Positions 1-7,324 of a stretch of 24,000 bases of DNA are shown piece by piece. The DNA comes from Arsukibacterium ikkense (lineage in GTDB: Bacteria > Pseudomonadota > Gammaproteobacteria > Enterobacterales > Alteromonadaceae). Position 1 is the stretch's first letter, and each line of letters starts with the position of its first letter. The translations under genes were made by a program, and so were the position numbers. Where the stretch lies: positions 1-24,000 of the forward strand of contig NZ_LAHO01000014.1 in assembly GCF_000987775.1 (NCBI RefSeq), given 5' to 3'. The notes beneath the pieces were generated by a model. It worked only from the letters and a program-made list of their open reading frames with translations, did not search any database and was not told the DNA's origin.

Positions 1-104
1 TGGAATGTGTGGTTGGGGTTACGCTTACGCTACTCGTAACTAGAATACGACATGATTTTAGCGCTAACGCCCGCCACAAACACGAGCAACGTGTTGCGAG
101 TCGA

Positions 105-119
105 GCGCCCAAAGGGCGC
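105..119 (+). terminator. GC-rich hairpin (gcgccc-aaa-gggcgc) followed by gtttgtg; possible terminator of a plus-strand gene lying left of the window
   Basis: The 6-bp perfect stem and 3-nt loop were read directly from the sequence. The downstream T-tract is weak. The flanking cacaaac (74-80) and gtttgtg (120-126) are also complementary. Confidence 0.25.
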
Positions 120-144
120 GTTTGTGCTGGCGATTGCTATACAT

Positions 145-423
145 TTAGATTAATGCACCAAAAATTAATGTCCAAATGCCAAACAACACTGCGATAACAA
201 CAAGAATCTTCTTCGCCCAATCATTTACGATTGGGCTAATATAATTGAGTTCTGTTTTATATAAACCAAAGATCAAAAACATTGCCGCATAAATCAAAAA
301 CACTATTTCACTTAGTGGCACTTTATTCAATACTGGAATGAAGGCAGCTAATACTAAGAAAAAAGATATAGCAAAAAACAATATCGCTGACGGATTATTT
401 TTAGACGCAGACTCTGTGTTCAA
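145..423 (-). CDS. hypothetical small integral membrane protein (92 aa, about 3 TM helices)
   Basis: ORF track. Hydrophobic segments are AILFFAISFFLVLAAFIPVL, IVFLIYAAMFLIFGL and ILVVIAVLFGIWTLIFGALI. The gene sits in a very AT-rich block; the sampled line 241-300 is about 25% GC. No family recognised. Confidence 0.4.
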   Translation of the reverse strand: MNTESASKNNPSAILFFAISFFLVLAAFIPVLNKVPLSEIVFLIYAAMFLIFGLYKTELNYISPIVNDWAKKILVVIAVLFGIWTLIFGALI

Positions 424-642
424 ACTTTACGCTCCGAATGCATAACACTTATTGGGCGGAAAAATTCGTATTGAAACACGGACTCTTCTGCCTTTGTAAA
501 TTTTATGTTGATGACATTACATCGGATTTAGCTTATTTACAATAACTTATGGGCACAGCTAAGTTTACCAGAGGATAGAATCTCTTTAGAGGGAGTCGGG
601 GAGTGTCACTCGCTTTCGCTCGCTCAGACACTCTGTGTCGAC

Positions 643-657
643 CAGAACGGGGTTCTG
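643..657 (-). terminator. hairpin cagaac-ggg-gttctg immediately after the stop codon of the 658-1059 gene; a second hairpin (gagtgtc...gacactc) lies at 601-634
   Basis: Stems were read directly from the sequence. There is no clear U-tract, so terminator function is uncertain. Confidence 0.25.
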
Positions 658-1059
658 CTACCACCAAAGCCGTAGCAGGCTGGCGGCAATTAATGCCAGG
701 TAGGTTATCGCGACAGTGGGTTTTAGCGCTTGTTTGGCGTAGCTCAGTATTAGCTGCAGCGGATTCTGGCGCTGGTAACGCCACTGGCTATGCCACTGAC
801 AGCCGATATCCTGCGCTTGCAATATAGCCTGCTCAAGTTGCAGCAGGCGGTTGGCGGCGCGCTGCTGCCAGGTTTTAAGTAGGGCTTCGTGCAGCCAGAA
901 TAAGCCAATAACACCCACTTGCAGCTCAATACCGGCGGCGTTTTTTAATAGCCACAGCCACACCAGAATGGTCACCACTTTCAGCCATAGCGCTTGCTGT
1001 TCTTGTTTGTCGTAACTTTGTTGCACTAGTAGCCATTCGGCCTGATTTCTGTCGGTCAT
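658..1059 (-). CDS. hypothetical membrane protein (133 aa), last gene of the DoxX/sigma/anti-sigma operon
   Basis: ORF track. It starts 27 nt downstream of the anti-sigma gene on the same strand. Hydrophobic helices are LWLKVVTILVWLWLL, VGVIGLFWL and VAITYLALIAASLLRLWW. No family recognised. Confidence 0.5.
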   Translation of the reverse strand: MTDRNQAEWLLVQQSYDKQEQQALWLKVVTILVWLWLLKNAAGIELQVGVIGLFWLHEALLKTWQQRAANRLLQLEQAILQAQDIGCQWHSQWRYQRQNPLQLILSYAKQALKPTVAITYLALIAASLLRLWW

Positions 1060-1086
1060 GATGCGTCCCTGCTGATTGACGGTAGC

Positions 1087-1794
1087 TTAAATAAACTTAA
1101 GTTGCTGCTTCAGTTTAGCCGGTAATTGCTGTAAGTCAGCATCATTTTCACTTACTACCACTATATCGGCGGTTTTTAACGCCAGGCTGCGGCCGCGATA
1201 GGTTTCATCTGCAAAATGGTGTTCAAATTTTAGCTTGTTGCCCGCCGGCACAATAAATACCGTGGCCAGACCATGCTCGGTTTGCAGCACCAGATGTAAT
1301 GATCGTGTGCCACGAAAGTCACAGAAATTGGCAAACAGAATACTGTGCTGCCAGTCGCTCAGCTCAGCGCCTAAGCTGGCAAGTTTAAGATTAACCTGAT
1401 GCAGCGGTTGTGGCGCCAGCATCTGCTCCATATAAGGTGCTTCATGGTAAACATGGGCCAATGCGTGTTGGCCCAGGGTCATTTGTGGGTAACCATAGTT
1501 AAACCAGTTCAGGGTCAGGCCTGCCACAAACGCGATTGATGCTGCCAGGGCAATAGCGCCGGCAAAGCGTTTTTGCTGGGTTTGTTGGCTTAATACCATT
1601 TGCTGGCGCAATAATTTCAGCGGCAGCGTTTCTGGCACCTTAAATTCCAGTGCTTGCTTAATGCTTAGTTGATCCAGCAATAGCTGGCGCTGCAGCTGCT
1701 GCAGTTCATGATCTGCGGCAAGGGCCCGGGCCAATTCAGGGTTACGTGCCTGCGGATCGGCAATCAGCGCCTGTTTTAATGTTAAATCAGCCAT
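1087..1794 (-). CDS. putative anti-sigma factor (DUF3379-like, single-pass membrane protein)
   Basis: It starts 4 nt after the ECF sigma stop. A cytoplasmic N-terminal helix region is followed by one central TM helix (FAGAIALAASIAFVAGLTL) and an exported C-terminal domain. This is the usual ECF partner architecture. No HxxxCxxC zinc motif is present. Confidence 0.6.
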   Translation of the reverse strand: MADLTLKQALIADPQARNPELARALAADHELQQLQRQLLLDQLSIKQALEFKVPETLPLKLLRQQMVLSQQTQQKRFAGAIALAASIAFVAGLTLNWFNYGYPQMTLGQHALAHVYHEAPYMEQMLAPQPLHQVNLKLASLGAELSDWQHSILFANFCDFRGTRSLHLVLQTEHGLATVFIVPAGNKLKFEHHFADETYRGRSLALKTADIVVVSENDADLQQLPAKLKQQLKFI

Positions 1795-1798
1795 CTGC

Positions 1799-2437
1799 TT
1801 ACCCCTTATCCTGCGCGTTCTGCTGCGCGACCAGACGTTGTTTCAATAGTTGGCGGGCCCGGAATAAACGGGTATTCACGGTATTCACATTTAAACTTAA
1901 TAGTTTACCAATTTCTTCACTGTTAAAACCGGCCAATGCCTGTAACAACAAAGGTTCGCCATACTCCGGTGGCAGCAGCAGTAGCTGACGCTGCAGCAGC
2001 GCGTTGTCGTATTGCTGCTCCAGTGCCGGGTTAATCTCATCGGTCAGGCTGTCTTGTTCAATATCGCTGTAATCAAATTGTTTGCGCTCAAACCGCCGGG
2101 CATTTTCCCGGCGTAAAATGGTAATAAGCCAGCTTTTGGCGGCGTTATCATCCAATAAAGCATCCAGCGCTTTCCAGGCTCGTAAAAAGGTGTCTTGCAC
2201 TATATCTTCTGCAATATGCTGGTCGCGACACAACCAGAAGGCATAACGATACAAATCAGCATGATATAGCCGCACCAGCTGCTCATAGCGCTGGCTGTTA
2301 CTCTGAGCTTTGCGTTTAAATAAAGAGACCGGCAAACTGAACAGGCTATTTCGTGATTGCGGCATGGCGGCAGGCTTTTGTGCAGTGGCAAGAGTGCTAA
2401 GACTAATAGACATCGTCTGATCCTGTAAAGGGGGCAT
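1799..2437 (-). CDS. ECF-type RNA polymerase sigma-70 family sigma factor
   Basis: The region 2 motif is YRYAFWLCRDQHIAEDIVQDTFLRAW. The region 4 helix-turn-helix is SEEIGKLLSLNVNTVNTRLFRARQLLK. An N-terminal extension of about 50 aa means the real start could instead be the Met at 2413. Confidence 0.9.
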   Translation of the reverse strand: MPPLQDQTMSISLSTLATAQKPAAMPQSRNSLFSLPVSLFKRKAQSNSQRYEQLVRLYHADLYRYAFWLCRDQHIAEDIVQDTFLRAWKALDALLDDNAAKSWLITILRRENARRFERKQFDYSDIEQDSLTDEINPALEQQYDNALLQRQLLLLPPEYGEPLLLQALAGFNSEEIGKLLSLNVNTVNTRLFRARQLLKQRLVAQQNAQDKG

Positions 2438-2442
2438 TTAAC

Positions 2443-3093
2443 TTAAACCCGCTGCTTAGGTGCATCGCTTTGTGTCGCTGCGCTGCTGAGACAATGCTGC
2501 AGCCAGTAATCCGCACTGACATAACGACCCGCGCCACTAAATAGCAGGCTTAGCAGCATGGCAAAATAAAGTGCCGCAAACTCAATACCATTGTTTAAGA
2601 TCACCAGCCTGCCACTGGCGCTTAGCCAGTCGTAGTTACCATGTTGCTGCAACAGGCCGCGGGCAGCTGCAATTTTATCGCTGCTGGCCATTACCCGTTC
2701 ATTGAGCAAAATGGTGCCATCAGCCAGCCAGCTGCTGCTATCGGAAATGGCGGGCCAGCCATTAGGTAGATGCACCGCAAAAATGGCAACCAGCATGGTA
2801 ACCAGCAAGGGTATTGCCACCAGCCGGGTAAATAAGCCCAGTAACAGCAAAACACCGCCCAGCAACTCTGCTGCAATGGCCAGGCTGGCTAACAATGCCG
2901 GCAGCGGCAAACCCAGGCCCCAGTCGCTGTTACCAAACCAGGCGACAGTATCGCTAAAGTGACTGAACTTATTCCAGCCAGCCTGAATAAGCACCGGCGC
3001 CAGGATCAGTCGCAGTAGCAGTGGTGCCAGGCCATCTAATGGCGTCAGGAGTTGAAGTGACTTTACATAACTTTGCTGGATGGATTGAAACAT
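2443..3093 (-). CDS. DoxX family membrane protein (HvfX/bufferin-associated type suspected)
   Basis: DoxX-like N-terminus LLLRLILAPVLIQAGWNKF with several TM helices. It has the long insert ending VILNNGIEF that I associate with DoxX proteins of DUF692/DUF2063 loci. It ends 5 nt before the sigma gene. Confidence 0.75.
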   Translation of the reverse strand: MFQSIQQSYVKSLQLLTPLDGLAPLLLRLILAPVLIQAGWNKFSHFSDTVAWFGNSDWGLGLPLPALLASLAIAAELLGGVLLLLGLFTRLVAIPLLVTMLVAIFAVHLPNGWPAISDSSSWLADGTILLNERVMASSDKIAAARGLLQQHGNYDWLSASGRLVILNNGIEFAALYFAMLLSLLFSGAGRYVSADYWLQHCLSSAATQSDAPKQRV

Positions 3094-3208
3094 TGCGCTA
3101 ACCTGCCTAAATGAGTGTATTAGTTATAAGACAGAATCAGGAGCAGAAATCTTTCGGAAACCTTTATAAATAAAAATGAAAGTGCAGGGTGTGCAACATT
3201 ACTAATAG

Positions 3209-4105
3209 TTAATCAATAAAACGCTGACGTATGCCACCACTGACAGCGGTCAGCGGCACTATAATGCTCAGTTCATAAGCCTGGCCAAAGTCAGCATCCA
3301 GTGCTACATCGTCAAACCAGATGGCGTTGCCGACACTGAGATAAGACTGCAAAACTGGTGGTAGGCGGCAGTCAAGCGGTTTAAGGTGTTGCTGCAATTG
3401 CCGGATACGGCTGCTTGCGTCGAGCTGTTGCCAGCTAGTAAAGTCGGGCGCGAATGACGCCTGATATTCTAAACCGGCTTTTGCCATTAGCATGGGCTTG
3501 GGTGGGCGGTAAAGTTGCTGACAGTATTGCACCATGCCAGCTATCGCCTCATCACCAAGGCTTTGATACAACGACACATTACCAAAAAAATACTGCAACC
3601 CCGGATACAACTGCGACAATGCTCCTAAGCCGGCCCACAGTGCGTAAAAACCGAGTAATGCTGCTTTGGCATTGGGGTTTACCACCGAGCGGCCTAACTC
3701 AATGCTGTAGGGCAACACTTGCTGTTTAAAGGTTGTGCTGTAGTCAAACAGCTGGCTGGTACGCAAAATGGCATTACCAAAATGGGCAGCTTGCCAGCCT
3801 AACTGATAGCGATACATCGCCACCAGCTCTGTTCTTTTTGGGTCCCACACCAGCAACTGGTAATAGGCGGCTTCACCATAGTCTAACGCATCCAGATCGC
3901 GCTCCAGGTTACGCCCGGCACCAGCCTGGCGAAATATCAGCTCGCGCAGCCGACCTATTTCCAGCATGGTGACTGGTATAGCAGCGGCCTGCGCACTGAA
4001 AACCTGTAAGCCTCTTACGCTGGCAATAGGTGTGAGGGTGGCTAGCTCTTGCGCAATAAGCTCAGCCGGCTCGGCGGCTGCAACTGGGTTTAACAGCGGC
4101 ATCAT
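3209..4105 (-). CDS. GNAT-fold N-acyltransferase, OlsB-like (aminolipid / 'putative hemolysin' family)
   Basis: IGRLRELIFRQAGAGRNLERDLDALD...YYQLLVWDP resembles the OlsB/COG3176-type acyl-ACP-dependent N-acyltransferases. A GGAGG Shine-Dalgarno (SD) sequence lies just upstream of the tandem ATGs at 4105 and 4102. The gene overlaps the upstream acyltransferase gene by 44 nt. Confidence 0.6.
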   Translation of the reverse strand: MMPLLNPVAAAEPAELIAQELATLTPIASVRGLQVFSAQAAAIPVTMLEIGRLRELIFRQAGAGRNLERDLDALDYGEAAYYQLLVWDPKRTELVAMYRYQLGWQAAHFGNAILRTSQLFDYSTTFKQQVLPYSIELGRSVVNPNAKAALLGFYALWAGLGALSQLYPGLQYFFGNVSLYQSLGDEAIAGMVQYCQQLYRPPKPMLMAKAGLEYQASFAPDFTSWQQLDASSRIRQLQQHLKPLDCRLPPVLQSYLSVGNAIWFDDVALDADFGQAYELSIIVPLTAVSGGIRQRFID

Positions 4106-5672
4106 GCTCCTCCCGGTAAATAGTCGGTAATTGATAGCAACGGCGTTTCAGCCAGGCCATGCGCTGCCGGTCGTTATCGGCCAGAGCATCAAGCTCAACG
4201 GCATGCATAGGGATGTCCACATAAAGCCTTGGTACACGCAGGGCTGGGTTGAGCATTTGCCGCACCAGCAATAGCATCTCCAGATTGGCGCTGATGCCAA
4301 ACTTCTGACGTAGCCAGGCCAGCGCATAAAACCCGCGGGAGTTATAACTGTGTAAATGCAGTACGGTAAGACTGCGCTGCTCGCGCCGGGCCAGGGTGAC
4401 GGCCAGCTTAGACCAGTCACCATCATCCAGGGCACCGTTGGCGGTTTTTCTGGCGGTGCGGCCAGCCGGAAAAATCACTAACGGGCTATTACCGGCAAAA
4501 GCGGCCTGCACTGCAGCCAGCGCTGCTTGCGGCCGGCCAAACACCGGTATTGGCACTATGCGCCCGGCCAGTTGCTGCACCTCAGCCAGCGCCTCGTTGG
4601 CCAGCACCTGGATATCGGGGTAACGTTTTTGCAGCACACTCAGTAGCAACAAGCCATCAATACCGCCGGTAGGATGATTACAGACAAACACCGGTCTGCT
4701 GGCAGCACTGGGCCAGCGACAGGCGATAATCTCAGGCGTAAGCTGCAAGCGCTGCAGCGCGGCATCACAAAAGAGATCTGCCGGCAGCCGGTTTAGTGGC
4801 TGCAGCTTCTGATTAAATGCTTTTTCTGCTAACAACCAGCGCAATAAGCGCCACTGCCAGCCGGTTAGCCGGTTAGCCAGCGTAGGGTTGTAACGGCGAA
4901 ATAATGCCTGCCCCTCCAAGCGGCTGCTAAAATCACCTGCTGTCACTACAGTGTGTTGCAGCGGTAACGCCAAACGGTCAGTGGCATCCTGTTGCTGCGA
5001 TGACGGGTAACCATCCCAGTACTGCATGTCAATACGGTCAGTGTCGATAGTCAATTGGGTGATGCTGACGGTTTGCACCTGACTGCGCTGCATGGCAATA
5101 CCGCTAAAGGCGCAGAATGGCTTAGCCTGACGATGTAATTGCTGCAGAGTACTCAGTGACGGCGAGCGGGCCATGGCCCGTTGCCAGTGCCAGACTCTTA
5201 GTGTCGGAATAAGCCGCGGCCAGGCGCTGGAGCTGGATACCGGCGAGGTCAGCGCCAGCTGCTGGCGCAGCTTGCTGCCATCCCAATGCCACAGTAGCGG
5301 CTGTTGCAAGCCGACAAAGACTAGCAGGCGAAATGGTGCATAGCAGCGCAGTTGCTCTGGCTGCAACAGGGTATCCACTGCCTGCCAATCGGGGCTTAAT
5401 GCCAGCGCCCGCAGCAGCAGGCCCCGACTGCGCCGGATGGCAGCGTCAGGCTGATAGGCCGCGGTATAGTCGTTTAACAGACACAACACCAGGCCTTTAC
5501 TATTGGCCGCGACCCAGCTGCCACCACCTGCCGGGTCTATCGGCATAATGGCATCCACGCCCTGCTGACTAAGCCGTACCGGTAGTTGCGCGCTGGCGCG
5601 GCCTTTTTGCTCATCCCGGTTAAAGACAATGTGCATTTGTTCATCTTGATACCACCAGCTTAAGGTGCACAT
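4062..5672 (-). CDS. fusion protein: N-terminal NRDE/TANGO2-family domain plus C-terminal lysophospholipid (PlsC/OlsA-like) acyltransferase domain
   Basis: I place the start at the internal Met (5672), giving MCTLSWWYQDEQMHIVFNRDE. This is the family-typical Met-Cys N-terminus followed by the NRDE motif. An AGGAG SD lies 11 nt upstream. The C-terminal half carries FVCNHPTGGIDG (NHPxGxxDG acyltransferase motif) and VIFPAGRTAR. The ORF-track start at 5735 would add 21 non-conserved residues. Confidence 0.7.
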   Translation of the reverse strand: MCTLSWWYQDEQMHIVFNRDEQKGRASAQLPVRLSQQGVDAIMPIDPAGGGSWVAANSKGLVLCLLNDYTAAYQPDAAIRRSRGLLLRALALSPDWQAVDTLLQPEQLRCYAPFRLLVFVGLQQPLLWHWDGSKLRQQLALTSPVSSSSAWPRLIPTLRVWHWQRAMARSPSLSTLQQLHRQAKPFCAFSGIAMQRSQVQTVSITQLTIDTDRIDMQYWDGYPSSQQQDATDRLALPLQHTVVTAGDFSSRLEGQALFRRYNPTLANRLTGWQWRLLRWLLAEKAFNQKLQPLNRLPADLFCDAALQRLQLTPEIIACRWPSAASRPVFVCNHPTGGIDGLLLLSVLQKRYPDIQVLANEALAEVQQLAGRIVPIPVFGRPQAALAAVQAAFAGNSPLVIFPAGRTARKTANGALDDGDWSKLAVTLARREQRSLTVLHLHSYNSRGFYALAWLRQKFGISANLEMLLLVRQMLNPALRVPRLYVDIPMHAVELDALADNDRQRMAWLKRRCYQLPTIYREEHDAAVKPSCSRRAG

Positions 5673-6151
5673 TGTTGCTGATACTCCTGCGTTGAACTGT
5701 GCACACCGGCGCTGTCTGGCCAGGCATAATCCCATTGCTCCAGCATCGCATGAATAAGCGCAAGATGATGCACACTATGGCTGGCCACAAAGTCCAGCTC
5801 ACGTTCCACGCTGGTATAGGTTTGCCCTTCGGCAAACTGATAGGTTAACTGGCTATCCAGATCAGCAGCGTTCAAACTGGCAAGCCACGGCTTCAGTTGG
5901 CCAATCCAAAACAACGCTTTTGCCTGGTCCGTTTCTGCCCCTTCATCGCGCAGACGCAGCCGGTAATCGAGCCGACCGCTGGCAACGGCCAGCCGCAGCT
6001 GCTGATAGTGGTCCAGCACATGGCGCACATGTTTACCGACCGAAGGTTGGCCGGGCCAGTCTTTAATGCAACGATAATGCTCAGGCTGCAGCTGAAGCAA
6101 TACAGTGCTCAGTAATTGAAGTTGCTGCAGGTTGTGTTCAATTACCGTCAT
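5660..6151 (-). CDS. DinB-family (DinB_2-like four-helix bundle, metal-binding His triad) protein
   Basis: The His-containing motifs are HVRHVLDHYQQL and ASHSVHHLALIHAML. Its 3' end overlaps the start of the NRDE fusion gene by 13 nt. Confidence 0.5.
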   Translation of the reverse strand: MTVIEHNLQQLQLLSTVLLQLQPEHYRCIKDWPGQPSVGKHVRHVLDHYQQLRLAVASGRLDYRLRLRDEGAETDQAKALFWIGQLKPWLASLNAADLDSQLTYQFAEGQTYTSVERELDFVASHSVHHLALIHAMLEQWDYAWPDSAGVHSSTQEYQQQCAP

Positions 6152-6386
6152 GCCGCTCTGCCCTATTTTTGGTTAAATCATTCAGTCGCTGTTTTGCAGC
6201 ACTGTAACTGGCGACCGAGAAAGGTACCAGGTAATTAAGCAGCGCCATGCCCCAGCGCCACTCTTGCTGACCGAGCAAGGCATACCACTGATTGATCAGG
6301 TTTAGTAAAGTCCCCACCACCAGCGCCACCTTTAAGGCATTGCTGATAAGCGATGGCTGACGCAGTTGTCGTAACAAGGCTTTCAT
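6138..6386 (-). CDS. small membrane protein, NrtS-like (nitrate/nitrite transporter NrtS family suspected)
   Basis: ALKVALVVGTLLNLINQ ... LNYLVPFSVASYS matches my memory of the roughly 80-aa NrtS family. It has an ATGA overlap with the HD-GYP gene and a 14-nt overlap with the DinB gene. Confidence 0.4.
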   Translation of the reverse strand: MKALLRQLRQPSLISNALKVALVVGTLLNLINQWYALLGQQEWRWGMALLNYLVPFSVASYSAAKQRLNDLTKNRAERHDGN

Positions 6387-7306
6387 CCGCGGGCAAACCT
6401 TATCAACTGCTCCAGCGGAATATGCGTAATAGACTCTTCGATCATGCGCTTAATTAACAGATTATCGGCTTTGGGTTGCCATGCCGCCACAGGGGCTTTT
6501 TTGCCGGTGGGTTTTACCCGCAACTGATGATCTTCTTCACATAACCTCATTTCACTATGACACACACTACAAGCCAACAGGTCGCCTGGTTTGTCATCGC
6601 TTTGCTGCAACACAGTGGGGCCACAATGCGGGCAAGTATGCAAGGGAATACCATTATCGCTGTGTCCCATAATGGCATCCAGCACACCCTCTTCCGCCAG
6701 CGCCAATAAATGATTGCACCAAAACTGGCTGAACTGCCGGCCTGATTCAGCGCGCAGGATGTTCAAGACCTTATCCAGTGGCATCGGCTTGCGGTAAGCC
6801 CGAAGACTGGTCATGGCGTCAAAGGCATCACAAACACCGATAATGGCAGCATCGGTTGGGATCATGCTGGCGGTAAGTCCATAAGGATAACCGCGCCCAT
6901 CCGGCCGCTCATGGTGCAATTCGACAGCTGCAGCCACCAGATGCCCCAGCGGATGCCCTGCCAGCATGCGGCCACCCGCTGCAGGGTGCGTTTGGATCAG
7001 GGTAAACTCGTTGTCATCCAGCTTGCCGGCTTTATTTAGAATAGCATCGGGAATGGCCACTTTACCCAGATCATGCAGAAAACCACCGAGCGTCACCCGG
7101 GCAATATCAGCATCTGGCAAACCACCAGCCCGGGCCACTAAATTGGCATAGCGCGATACTCGCCACAAATGCCCGCCGGTATAAGGATCTTTGGCTTCAA
7201 CAAACCAGGCCATTACCATCAGGCTGGCAAGCAAGTCTTTGCTCAGCTGGCCAGCATCGGCAGGCAAAGCCTGATCTTTGTGGAACTGCTGAAACCACCT
7301 GAACAT
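6383..7306 (-). CDS. HD-GYP domain c-di-GMP phosphodiesterase with C-terminal Cys4 zinc-ribbon
   Basis: The motifs are GGFLHDLGKVAIPD (HD), HHERPDGRGYPYGL (GYP) and the CPHC-x17-CSVC ribbon. A GAGG SD lies upstream of the ATG. Confidence 0.9.
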   Translation of the reverse strand: MFRWFQQFHKDQALPADAGQLSKDLLASLMVMAWFVEAKDPYTGGHLWRVSRYANLVARAGGLPDADIARVTLGGFLHDLGKVAIPDAILNKAGKLDDNEFTLIQTHPAAGGRMLAGHPLGHLVAAAVELHHERPDGRGYPYGLTASMIPTDAAIIGVCDAFDAMTSLRAYRKPMPLDKVLNILRAESGRQFSQFWCNHLLALAEEGVLDAIMGHSDNGIPLHTCPHCGPTVLQQSDDKPGDLLACSVCHSEMRLCEEDHQLRVKPTGKKAPVAAWQPKADNLLIKRMIEESITHIPLEQLIRFARG

Positions 7307-7324
7307 AAAAACCTCTAATTTTAG

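Noticed and set aside
533-827. The overlapping ORFs 533-784 (-) and 603-827 (+).
   Set aside because: They overlap the better-supported 658-1059 membrane protein gene and the hairpin-rich spacer. They are Arg/Ala-rich with no recognisable family.
3094-3208. A search for an ECF-type (GGAAC-N16/17-CGT-like) autoregulated promoter upstream of the DoxX gene. The 9-nt odd palindrome tttcggaaa also lies here.
   Set aside because: There is no convincing -35/-10 pair. The palindrome is short, and I cannot distinguish it from chance without orthologous alignments.
5673-5735. The ORF-track start of the NRDE fusion at 5735 (21 extra residues).
   Set aside because: The internal Met at 5672 gives the family-defining Met-Cys N-terminus and has an AGGAG SD upstream. 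The extension would overlap the DinB gene by 76 nt.
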